Assembly: GCA_002269645.1 (NCBI GenBank)
Contig: NIVC01001390.1
Span: 62,001-126,000, forward strand
DNA: 64,000 bases
Source: Macrostomum lignano
Taxonomy: Eukaryota
Direction of reading: 5' to 3'
Shown here: positions 1-9,739 of the stretch, piece after piece
Position numbering within the stretch: the first letter of the stretch is position 1
Layout of the letters: each line of letters opens with the position of its first letter
Position numbers and translations under genes: made by a program
Notes under the pieces: model-generated
Told to the model about the DNA's origin: nothing
The model's input: the letters and a program-made list of their open reading frames with translations, nothing else
Databases searched by the model: none

Positions 1-34
1 TTCGTCGTAGGTCATCCCGCTTGTCCATCAGGCA

Positions 35-463
35 CTATTTTCTTTGAATTGCTCGAACTAAATTTGCTGTACCAGCGGCGGTTCCTGCGATACCAGATGT
101 AATTCCCAATGCAGTCGCTATAGTCGGTAGTGCGGCGATAATTGGGGCCAGGAAAGGAAGAAATCCCCCGTGCTGGACAATAATTTTCTTCTTTTTACTT
201 AGAGATTTTTTTCGATCCACCAGTTGGCGTATGTACTTGGCGTGCTTCTCAAGCCGCTTTTTGTCGCATGGAGAGATCGGTACACGCCGATTGACAATAT
301 TTAGCAGCAATTCAACCAAACACCTCACTTCGGCCAGCGTGAGCGTTTCTAGAAACTTTTTTCGTTGAATCTGACTACCAAACCGCGTAACAATTTGTAA
401 AATATTCGCACAGCGGGATAGAGACGTGGCACTCCGCTTGGCTTTTTCCGAGATTCTCTGCAT
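35..463 (-). CDS. Polinton/adintovirus small basic core protein (PW / adenovirus pX-like) with hydrophobic C-terminal helix
   Basis: 142-aa basic ORF ending KKKKIIVQHGG-FLPFLAPIIAALPTIATALG. The QxGG-F motif followed by a hydrophobic helix is typical of this Polinton protein class. Directly downstream of the penton ORF. Confidence 0.7.
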   Translation of the reverse strand: MQRISEKAKRSATSLSRCANILQIVTRFGSQIQRKKFLETLTLAEVRCLVELLLNIVNRRVPISPCDKKRLEKHAKYIRQLVDRKKSLSKKKKIIVQHGGFLPFLAPIIAALPTIATALGITSGIAGTAAGTANLVRAIQRK

Positions 464-544
464 AGGGCCTCAACACACACAGAGTCGCGGCTGCAGTTTT
501 CCAAGTCGGAACATTGTTAGAATAAACAACAAGTCAACGTTTGC

Positions 545-1540
545 TTATAAATCTGAGCGCCGTCGAAAATGTAACACAGCAACTACATGAGCTCCAGGGC
601 GAAAATTCAACGCTTGCCCCCGCTGATCACAAAGCCGGATGCTAATCTCCGAAACAAGTAGACGACTAGTTTTCAAGTAGTGTGGTGTCTGAAGAGCACT
701 ACTATCACGCACGAGCTCACCATCTTTCCTCTGCTGAAGTTCAACAACACGTAGCAAGGGAACAGAAGTACTCCCCACAGCTTGGTACTCGACTATGTCA
801 GTGTAGCAGTACATGTAAACGGTCTTAGTGCTGATTGATGCGCTGGTGCCACTTGTATCCAAGTAGGTCTTATAAAAACGCCACGTCTTATTCTTTTTCC
901 AGTATGAATACACACTGTTCCATGTAGTAGAAGAACTGCGCTCGGTGTAGAGGCCCTTATCACTGACCAGATGCAAGCTCTCCCCAGGATCAAGAACGCA
1001 CTCAAAGCTCAACCACTCGTCCGTGAAGAGCTCAGTAACCTCACCCATGCTCTTGATGAAATCTTTGTAGTCGCCATCGGGAGATTCCAGATCGGTGCTC
1101 TCCGGCTCACCCAAATTGCTCACAATCTTTTTCCACTTTGCAAAATAGTTCATCAGCATGAAATGCTTAGGAAGCTCTACTGACAAAGTCTTCTTTCCAG
1201 CATTATGTAGAACCCACACCATCTTGCTTTTTTCGTCGTTTGGTTTCCACGAAACATAAGCTTCCAAATCAACGTCCTCCCAAACGCGTCCAAAATAATT
1301 GGAGGTGCTTTTAAGAATTTGCGAAATATCTGCAAAGTAGGGCACTTCAAATCGCCGAGTTCGATTACCGCTCGTTGCTACAACCGCACCTTGGCATAGT
1401 AATTCAACCAGAGCTACCTCGTACGATCCGATACCATTCGGAGCCAAGTCGAGAGGTTCTTTAAGTCGTACCCTGAAATCGTTCGGACTATTGTCCGAGT
1501 AAGATTTGTCGTTTGACGGCAAAAAGACGTAGAAACTCAT
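545..1540 (-). CDS. Polinton/Maverick minor capsid (penton) protein
   Basis: N-terminus FYVFLPSN..NSPNDFRVRLKEPLDL..YEVALVEL and C-terminus MYCYTDIVEYQAVGSTSVPLLRVV..ISIRLCDQRGQALNF..VAVLHFRR match the Polinton penton pattern. Intact, intronless, 331 aa. Confidence 0.85.
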   Translation of the reverse strand: MSFYVFLPSNDKSYSDNSPNDFRVRLKEPLDLAPNGIGSYEVALVELLCQGAVVATSGNRTRRFEVPYFADISQILKSTSNYFGRVWEDVDLEAYVSWKPNDEKSKMVWVLHNAGKKTLSVELPKHFMLMNYFAKWKKIVSNLGEPESTDLESPDGDYKDFIKSMGEVTELFTDEWLSFECVLDPGESLHLVSDKGLYTERSSSTTWNSVYSYWKKNKTWRFYKTYLDTSGTSASISTKTVYMYCYTDIVEYQAVGSTSVPLLRVVELQQRKDGELVRDSSALQTPHYLKTSRLLVSEISIRLCDQRGQALNFRPGAHVVAVLHFRRRSDL

Positions 1541-1573
1541 TCTCTGAATCCGAGCACGCTTCTTGTTGACTCC

Positions 1574-2293
1574 TTAGCTTATAAGAGGTAAAAAAGCATC
1601 ACCAATTTCCGAAGCCTTGTTGTAAACAATGTGCTTGTCACCTGGAAAAATCCCAGTTCGAAAACGCAAAAAGTCGGGTGTTTTCTGTCGCAAATCAATG
1701 AACAGATAGCTATGCGGTTTGTTGTCAGTGGCGTCTTCGTAGGCACGAACCAAGAATTTACTGCCCCGACTGAGCATTTGCTGACTCAAGTGTTGAACGG
1801 CAGATCGATCTCGCACACTCCTCATGAGACAAATATAACTAGCTGATAGACTCCGAGTTCGCGCCTCTGGATCCGACCGATTAAATAAATTTTGGCAAAG
1901 GTACACACACGTTAAGGGTATATGATGTGCATATTTTGTGAACATGCCAGTCAAGGCTGTAGACTTAGCAACTTCGCTTTGTAAATCGTCCACTACCACG
2001 AAATCGTGCTCCTGAAGTTGGCTAACCATCGTGTCTGGAAATCCTCTAACAAAGTGAATTGGACTGTCGCCTCCGTCTAGCCAAAACGTTCGAATATGTT
2101 GCTGTTCCGTCGCTGACAAATCGGTCCCATGACACCAAACTAGACGTTTTGGAGCCTTGTCAAACATCGCATGGCGTTCCTTCAAGAGTCGCAGGGTCCA
2201 CTCGGTCTTGCCAGACATCGCCGGGCCAGCAATAATGAACGAGGAATCGTGTGCCAATTGCAAGTTGAATGTCTCCGGCGTTGCAGCAGTCAT
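1574..2293 (-). CDS. Polinton/Maverick A32/FtsK-like DNA packaging ATPase
   Basis: Walker A GPAMSGKT, Walker B VVVDD, plus QNLF, SLSASY and PHSYLFIDL segments typical of Polinton ATPases. ATG at 2293 lies just after the corrected PLA2 stop. Confidence 0.92.
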   Translation of the reverse strand: MTAATPETFNLQLAHDSSFIIAGPAMSGKTEWTLRLLKERHAMFDKAPKRLVWCHGTDLSATEQQHIRTFWLDGGDSPIHFVRGFPDTMVSQLQEHDFVVVDDLQSEVAKSTALTGMFTKYAHHIPLTCVYLCQNLFNRSDPEARTRSLSASYICLMRSVRDRSAVQHLSQQMLSRGSKFLVRAYEDATDNKPHSYLFIDLRQKTPDFLRFRTGIFPGDKHIVYNKASEIGDAFLPLIS

Positions 2294-2294
2294 T

Positions 2295-2716
2295 TTAGGC
2301 ACTCAGTTTCTGTTTCAAGGACATAATTTTTGATACCATCTTGGCAGTAACCTTTTCACCAAAAGGGTGTTTGGATCTTGTGCAATTTCACGGGCACCGG
2401 TTTCTAGAACCCGGTCTGCCTCCAAGCGTTCCTTTACCCCCTTGTGCTTCGAATAGGCCAAGTCGTGGATCAGACACAAATCATCAAGACGATTAACCCC
2501 GCGTTGTCCCTCCGATAAACGCTGGCGTAGGCGGGTTCCGGGACCACAGAAACGGTAGCCAGGTATGTGGACCTCAACAGGCAAATGGTTGATTAACCAG
2601 TTTACTATTCCGGAACCTCGTTGTTGGTTCTGTTTTAAACTTCTACTTTTGGAATCAATTCGGGCTGATACGAGCTTAGTCTTCTTCTTCTTCTTTTCAA
2701 CTAACTTTTTACCCAT
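2295..2716 (-). CDS. Parvovirus VP1u-like phospholipase A2 (adintovirus PLA2X), one frameshift near the C-terminus
   Basis: PGYRFCGPGT calcium loop and DDLCLIHDLAY catalytic HD motif. A 1-nt shift at ~2361-2367 gives a tail FGEKVTAKMVSKIMSLKQKLSA* ending at 2295, next to the ATPase ATG. QRGSG precedes the PLA2 domain. Confidence 0.85.
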
Positions 2717-2930
2717 CCAAAATATCGGTACCAGCAAAGCAAAAGAAAAACGATAGTAGACAAGACAAAATACCCTTGCATATAGCTTTTAAGCGTGGTT
2801 ATTGTGTATTTAATCTGACCCATCCAAAATATCGGTACCAGCAAAGCAAAAGAAAAAAAAATCGATAGTAGACAAGACAAAATACCCTTGCATATAGCTT
2901 TTAAGCGCGGTTATTGTGTATTTAATCTGA
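2712..2930. repeat. Two-copy tandem duplication (~107 and ~112 bp)
   Basis: cccatccaaaatatcggtacc...taatctga at 2712-2818 and again at 2819-2930, differing mainly in an A-run. Confidence 0.9.
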
Positions 2931-2974
2931 GGTTTCTCAAATTGTTAAAGTCTTTTTGTTGCTCTGTTGCTCAT

Positions 2975-3021
2975 TTAACGACCGGTGCTACCAAAGCCCA
3001 TAGCTCCGCGCTTGCGGAGCT
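2975..3021 (-). CDS. dut: dUTPase C-terminal motif V; rest of the gene lost in the assembly gap
   Basis: Reads LRKRGAMGFGSTGR* up to the N-run. RGxxGFGSTG is the trimeric dUTPase motif 5. Only 15 codons visible. Confidence 0.7.
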
Positions 3022-3550
3022 NNNNNNNNNNNNNNNNNNNNNNNNNNNNNNNNNNNNNNNNNNNNNNNNNNNNNNNNNNNNNNNNNNNNNNNNNNNNNNN
3101 NNNNNNNNNNNNNNNNNNNNNNNNNNNNNNNNNNNNNNNNNNNNNNNNNNNNNNNNNNNNNNNNNNNNNNNNNNNNNNNNNNNNNNNNNNNNNNNNNNNN
3201 NNNNNNNNNNNNNNNNNNNNNNNNNNNNNNNNNNNNNNNNNNNNNNNNNNNNNNNNNNNNNNNNNNNNNNNNNNNNNNNNNNNNNNNNNNNNNNNNNNNN
3301 NNNNNNNNNNNNNNNNNNNNNNNNNNNNNNNNNNNNNNNNNNNNNNNNNNNNNNNNNNNNNNNNNNNNNNNNNNNNNNNNNNNNNNNNNNNNNNNNNNNN
3401 NNNNNNNNNNNNNNNNNNNNNNNNNNNNNNNNNNNNNNNNNNNNNNNNNNNNNNNNNNNNNNNNNNNNNNNNNNNNNNNNNNNNNNNNNNNNNNNNNNNN
3501 NNNNNNNNNNNNNNNNNNNNNNNNNNNNNNNNNNNNNNNNNNNNNNNNNN
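3022..3550. other. Assembly gap (N run)
   Basis: Run of n characters. Confidence 1.
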
Positions 3551-3765
3551 AATGGGGAGTTGCTGAGATGCCATTGGCTCAATGGGGAGTTGCTGAGATG
3601 CCAATTGGCTCAATGGGAGTTGCTGTGATGCCATGGCTCAATGGGAGTTGCTGAGAGAATGTTGCCATGGCTCAATGGAGATTGAATGGCTCAATGGAGA
3701 GTTGCTGAGATGGCTCAATGGAGAGTTGCTGAGATGCCAAGGCTCAATTGAGAGTTGCTGAGATG
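3551..3765. repeat. Degenerate ~30-bp tandem repeat (aatggggagttgctgagatgccattggctc)
   Basis: Direct inspection; flanks the gap. Confidence 0.85.
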
Positions 3766-3817
3766 CTTCGATTCTTCGAACCGAAACCGAATTTCAAACC
3801 GAATTTCTTCTCCACAG

Positions 3818-3905
3818 ATTCCTTACTTCTAGTGGCTCTCACTGATTTTGGCAGCGTTGACTGCCTGATGTGCCTCGCCTGCGATAGTCAGAAGGCAACG
3901 GACGA
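3818..3905 (+). CDS. Possible isolated exon of a secreted Ly6/three-finger-like protein
   Basis: Acceptor ttcttctccacag and donor gtgagt; reads SLLLVALTDFGSVDCLMCLACDSQKATD (signal-peptide end plus LxCxxC). No other exons found. Confidence 0.25.
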
Positions 3906-4544
3906 GTGAGTGATCGAATTTTGCAGGCCAGGATTCTGCTTGCGGCGCAGCTGCAGCAGCAGCAACAACAGCTGCAGCAGCAGAAGACGGTCGCTCTGCA
4001 ACCCAGCGCTCCGTCCCTGCAGCCTCAAACCAGCGTCGACGCAGTACGATTGCGTAATCATCATCAGCAGCATCCGGTGCATCAACAGCAACAACGCTCG
4101 GCAACTGTTGCCATAGCAACCAGCAGCTACTCAACTATTAGTAGCAATAGCAGCCAGCAATTACACTATACTAGGAGTAGCGGCGATATGGAGTCGTTAT
4201 TGACCACAACAATATCGGTTACTCATCATCACCAGCAACAGCACCAGCACCAGCGTTATACTACTCAATTGAGTAGTTTCACTGATGTTGAACCAGCGAC
4301 TATTGATAGTACGGGAACTGGGAGCGCTGGCATTTCTGCAGCCGGTGGTGTTTCCGGAGTTGAAGATCAACAAGATGAAAGGAGAAGCTCGTAAGAATTA
4401 TGGATATACCTGTAATATATTCGCATACATATATTAGGCAATATGTGAAAAAGTACAGCTTTTTAACATCAGTTTATCTCCTTAGTGGGGTGGACAATGG
4501 TGAAAACTACCAGTTCAGGAAAAAGTATTTTAATTTGAAAAGAG

Positions 4545-4806
4545 GTTGACACTTTGGGAAGGATGGTTGACACTTTGGGAAGGATGGTTGACACTTTGGG
4601 AAGGATGGTTGACACTTTGGGAAGGATGTTTGACACTTTGGGAAGGATGGTTGACACTTTGGGAAGGATGGTTGACACTTTGGGAAGGATGGTTGACACT
4701 TTGGGAAGGATGTTTGACACTTTGGGAAGGATGGTTGACACTTTGGGAAGGATGTTTGACACTTTGGGAAGGATGGTTGACACTTTGGGAAGGATGGTTG
4801 ACACTT
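4545..4806. repeat. 21-bp minisatellite (gttgacactttgggaaggatg), ~12 copies
   Basis: Direct inspection. Confidence 0.95.
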
Positions 4807-7021
4807 CAGAAAGGTGCAGCGTGCTTTTCGCTTTAAGATGCGCCACGTCACTTCAGTTAAAGTACCGAAGCTCTTTTTTATATCCGCATGGTTCTTTAAG
4901 ATATTTGAAAGAGGTTTAGACTTCTGCCTGAATTCATATCTCTAGAACAGGCTAAATCAGGTATGTAGTTATTGTTTAGTAACTCCATATTATTAAAACT
5001 ATTCGTAACCGTTAACTTTCAGACACGTGTGACCGATGCATATCCATGACTGCAAACAATGGAATCAAAATGCGTAAAAATGCTAGAAAGGTACATGAAA
5101 AAACTTCCAAACACTGATATTCGACCAACGGTTTTGAGTGGGCATTTTTTGTTTAACTATATTGACTCTAATTCATATACATGCGATGGTAGTACCATAT
5201 ATAGTTCTGTAGCCATGCATGTAATTCTCTAAATTTACAAACGGAATTTGATAAAGTAATTGACTATATCTAGATCTGTATACTTTAGGTTAACTAGAAA
5301 CATTTTGCATGAACATGTACATAGTATGTGTTCTGTAAATAATGTTTACTCTAATATTTTATGTATTGTGTAGCTTTTGCTTATTGTGCATTCAAAATTA
5401 ATTATATGTGCAGCACAGCCTAAAAAAGCAAATTCAAATTAACAACTGATTGAGCCTACCTAACCGCGCACTTCATTAACTTACTCATGGCTATCGTATT
5501 TTGTGTTGCATAATTATTTTATATTTAAAAGACGGTAAAAATACTTCATAAAACCACATAATCGTGTATATTATCAGGCAAATAATATTTCGTAATGATG
5601 TGATTTAATAGTCAATTTATTGCTCTTCAACTGTAAACTTTGTGTAGTGCCAGCGGTCTCTGAAGGTTACAGAAAAGAGCAAAAATCTTTTGATAAGATA
5701 CTAAGCTCAAATTATATGCTTTAAAGCGAGTATCTTGTAACTCTTGCACTGACAACGGCTTAATTTTCACATCACGATCAGATCATGCATATTCTGCTGT
5801 ATCTGTATATAGCAGTACATTTTATGCACATTGCTTGGACCCCAGACAAGAAAATGTGGGCTTTTATACAGCTTTGATACATCCAGCAAAGATGTAAAAC
5901 TAGAGACGACGGATTTTTCTACCATTTTTTTCAGTCGTTAGATACTTTATTTAAAAGCTTCATATAAACGCACATGGACATGCCATATATCTAATTGTAA
6001 GTTCTATGAAATGCTTGTTTTGCCCAGTAGGAAATTCTGGTACGTCCAAGGGTGCGCAGACCGCGGCGCCCGGTGGCCTGTGGCCGGTAGCGGGCGCACT
6101 CTTTGTCCAGTCGGGGCGCCAGCCTTATGCCCGGCTCTCGGTGTGGACGGCTCAATAAATAAAGGCAAGAATTGGTCCACTCTACTAACAGTAGTATGCA
6201 TGGCTTTTTATAGATATATTTTGCTCTGGAATGCAGCCTAGCTTTCTGGTTGTTTCAGAATTGAATTTATTTCCCAATAATTTTCAATAATAAATTCAAA
6301 CAACATTGATGCCACTTGCTTACAAAGTTTGCCTTTTGTGATTTTTCTGCAATTTTTAGAAAACAAGTTTGAGTCTATGAATGAAATCGAATAAGAAACT
6401 TAGATCTAATGAAATTTGAATTTATTTAGCGACGTTAAATGGAACTGATATTAAAACACAATATTAGAACGAAAAAATGATCAAGTTTTCTGGCGACAAA
6501 GGTGTTGAAAGAATGTCAGTTTTAAAATCTTTTGTCGCAGCATTTATAATACGTGCTCTCATAATTAGAATATTTTAAATTGTCCATCACCCAGCTCTCG
6601 CTGATCTTCGGACCTGTTTGATCCACTTGATTCGGTTTCGTCATCAGATTCGGGAGAGCAGTCAGTGCGGTAGTTGGTTTTCGACTTTGCTGAACTTTCG
6701 ATGGTTGTTCCGCTTTCGAGGCTGAGAATCCAACTGAATACTCGCTCGCTTTCTGGATTGGGAGCTTGGCTTTGCTGTCGCCGCTGGCGGCACTTCTCCC
6801 GCTGATAGTCGCGATGGTGTCTGTGGCATTGGAGTGTCCAATCGGCGTTTGCTGATTGGTTGTAAACACCCACCCCAAGTCAACCCCCCTCTGCACTGCA
6901 CCCCTCCGCCGTGAGGTTTATACCACCTAGCTTTTACTCAGCCTGCCTCACCTTTCTCGCGCTGCATGAATTTTTTTTTATTGTACGGAGTGGCGTGAGT
7001 GCTGCCTAGGCTGCAACTGCA

Positions 7022-8075
7022 ATGGCCGAGATTTCAATTGACCAAATGACTGCAAGGCAGCTTAGAGACCATCTATGCCAAATGGGACTGCCCAGTGGCG
7101 GTCGCAAGCGAGAGTTGCAAGTCAGACTGGAACAAGCCAGTTTCTAAAATCAAGCCAAGCGACGTGGACGGCCAACAGCCACTCACTCGAGCGAAATCGA
7201 CCGAGTCAGCACCAGCAGAAGCGACGACGATGAGGAAGCGACCCTGGACGAGGCTGGCGCCCCGCAGGGCACCGACGATCTGGACCAGAGGATCGCCCGT
7301 CAGGAGAAGCTGCTTCGGCTGAAGACTCTTCAACGCCAGACTGCTGAGATCGAGGCTGAGCTGGAGAACAAGCCTTGCCAACAGAGCCGTAAGTTGCGGA
7401 GCCCCTTGCCGATTGACCGGTCCCCTGCTGCCCATGAGCCGGAGCTGGGGCTGCCAGACCTGGGCCTTCAAGGCACTTCTGCCAGGCCGTCGGGACTGTC
7501 AAAGCCCCTTCTGGTAAAGGACTTGTCAACCGTGATGGTGAGGAGCCTGCCTCTGACGAGAAGTCCAGAGTCCGGACTGAGCAGATCTCGGCGGGTCAGT
7601 GGGTAGCAGGCAGCAACCGAATCCTGCTGAAACTCCTCGACGAGGGTTCCCTCGTCACCGTTAAGGATGGCGCGGTGGATCTTGAACAGCTGAAGGCCTA
7701 CGTTCGCTACTGTGTGCAGTTCGGCGAGTTTATGCACCAGGGTTTCAGTCAGGCCGCCCTCAACTGTTACGATGAAGACTTCAGGACCCTGCAACATCAG
7801 TCGAGCGGCAGATGGGAGCGGGAGTCGCTGCAGCTGCTATCCAAGCACATTCTGGCACCAAAGTCAAATCATGGCGGCAACGCGATCTCCCAGCGCACCA
7901 ACTTCAAGCCCAGAAGGCCAAAGCAGCAGCTGGCGGCCCGATCGATCCTGAAGGGCGGCAGCTGTGCGTGAAGTTCAACCGCAACGGCTGTCTACGGCGC
8001 GACTGCAAGTTCAGGCACGTCTACTCCGCCTGCTACGAGGCGCACCCGCGCCAGTTCTGCACTTCAAAAAACTAG
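7022..8075 (+). pseudogene. Ngaro ORF1/Gag with N-terminal SAP-like motif and C-terminal zinc fingers
   Basis: MAEISIDQMTARQLRDHLCQMGLPSGGRKRELQVRL then TAA at 7145. C-terminus CVKFNRNGCLRRDCKFRHVYSACYEAHPRQFC (one expected Cys reads Tyr). Several frameshifts. Confidence 0.75.
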
Positions 8076-8169
8076 ATCGCGGCCGGCCGAAGGGGGGGGG
8101 CTCAACTGGCAGCCAAAGTCGAACCCCCGCTGCCCCCTGGCTGGCCCTGTCCCAAGCCCCTCGAGTCCG

Positions 8170-9700
8170 TCGCTTTCTCATCCGACCTCGCCACAGCCGC
8201 CTGGGAAACTGAGCTGACTGACGATCCTGACCGCGAATTCCTGCTGAATGACATCCGCAACGGCTTCCAACTCGCATGCCCTGACCCATCAGAAAGAGCC
8301 TCAACTATGTCAGAAATCCAGAACTACCTATCAGTCAACAGTTACCGGCAGCTGGTCGAGCAGCAGGTGCGAGAGGAAATCTTTAATGGCCGCTACGTTC
8401 AAGTCAGTGACAAACCGGAGGTCATCAGCGCCCTTGGCGCCATTCCGAAGGGCAACAACAAGATTCGACTCATCCACGACTGCTCTAACCCTCCGGGTCT
8501 CTCCCTAAACAGCCGATTTTCTTCCGACTACAGAATAAAGTTCGAGACCGTTAGTCACTTCACCGCCAAGCTGCAACCCGGTTGGTTCATGGCCAAAGTC
8601 GACCTCGCCAATGCCTACCGGAGTGTCGGCATGAGCCCGCACGATTTTCGGCTCACCGGCTTGAAGTGGAAATTCAGCGACCAGCGCAGCGATTCGTACA
8701 TCTGCGACACGCGGCTCCCCTTTGGCGCTGCTGCCTCCGTGGAAGTTTTCCACCGCCTGAGCCAGGCCGTCAAGCGCATGATGCAGAGGCGGGGCTTAAA
8801 CGATATCGGCAGTTATCCGACGACTTCGCCATAGCAGCCTCCAGCAAGGACGACTGCCAGCTCGCTCTCGACACCCTGCTCAATCTGCTGCGGAAGCTTG
8901 GCTTCACCATCAACTGGAGCAAGGTGGTGGCGCCGTGCACCAGCCTGGTCTACCTGGGCGTCCTCATCGACACCGTCATTGGCCTGCTGGAGCTTCCGAA
9001 GGACAAGCTTGACGCCACCAAGTCTCAGCTGCAGTCCGCGCTCTCTCGCAAGCGCATCACCAAGCGCCAACTCCAATCGCTCTGTGGCCGCATCAACTGG
9101 GTCTGCCAGGTGGTCCGCATCGGGAGGTGCTTCCTGAGACCACTCCTGCTCGAGCTCAGCGACCTGAAGCAGTAGCGGCACAAACTGCGCGTGCACAAGG
9201 ATCTCCGCGAGATCCTTAGCTGGTGGGACGCCTGACTGGCCGCCTCCCCCAGCTGCAAAATCTGGCGTTCCCACGGGCCTAGCTGAGCCATCGAGTCCGA
9301 CGCGTCCAACTGGGGCGGCTGCGGCATCATCCACGGCCCAGACACCACCAGCTGGCTCATCATGGACTGGCACCGCGACTCAACCGAAATCGAGCCGCTG
9401 CACATCAAACTTCAAGGAAAGTCTCGCGCCAGTGCTTACGGCCCTGCATTTCCAGCAGCAGCTGCAACCGGGCAGCCAGCTTGTGATCTACTCTGACAGC
9501 ACCGCCGCAGTCGGCGCCATCAACAAGGGCTCGTCGCCAAATCGGGTCGTCAACTCGGCTCTGCAACAGTTGATGCTCCTCGCTGCGCACCACGACCTCT
9601 CCGTCTAGGCCTTCCACGTCCCCGGGACATTCCAGATCTTCGCTGATAGTGGCAGCCGAGCCGATGACATCAGCGAGCTGACAAACTTCCTGCCCCGGCT
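8170..9700 (+). pseudogene. Ngaro reverse transcriptase-RNase H
   Basis: IRLIHDCSNP, KVDLANAY, DTRLPFG, frameshifted Y(L)DDF at ~8815, YLGVLID; RNase H ESDASNWG, YSDSTAAV and AFHVPG. In-frame stops near 9173, 9233, 9285 and 9606. Confidence 0.88.
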
Positions 9701-9739
9701 CTTTGGCTCTGTTCACGCTGACCTTAGCAACCTTAGCGA

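Larger units (their letters stand above)
1..3021 (-). mobile_element. Polinton/Maverick (adintovirus-like) endogenous virus, internal fragment
   Basis: Co-oriented, tightly packed, intronless PLA2, ATPase, penton and pX-like genes. Termini, polB, integrase, protease and major capsid are not in the window. Confidence 0.9.

Noticed and set aside
2888-3634. ORFs spanning the N-run
   Set aside because: Artefacts of translating the gap; only the dUTPase-like tail is meaningful.
3906-4394. 162-aa Gln/His/Ser-rich ORF
   Set aside because: Low complexity, starts at a GTG that is also a good splice donor, and has no domain. Not supportable as a gene, though it cannot be excluded.
6522-6901. Three overlapping minus-strand ORFs upstream of the Ngaro element
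   Set aside because: No recognisable motif and no way to choose a frame.
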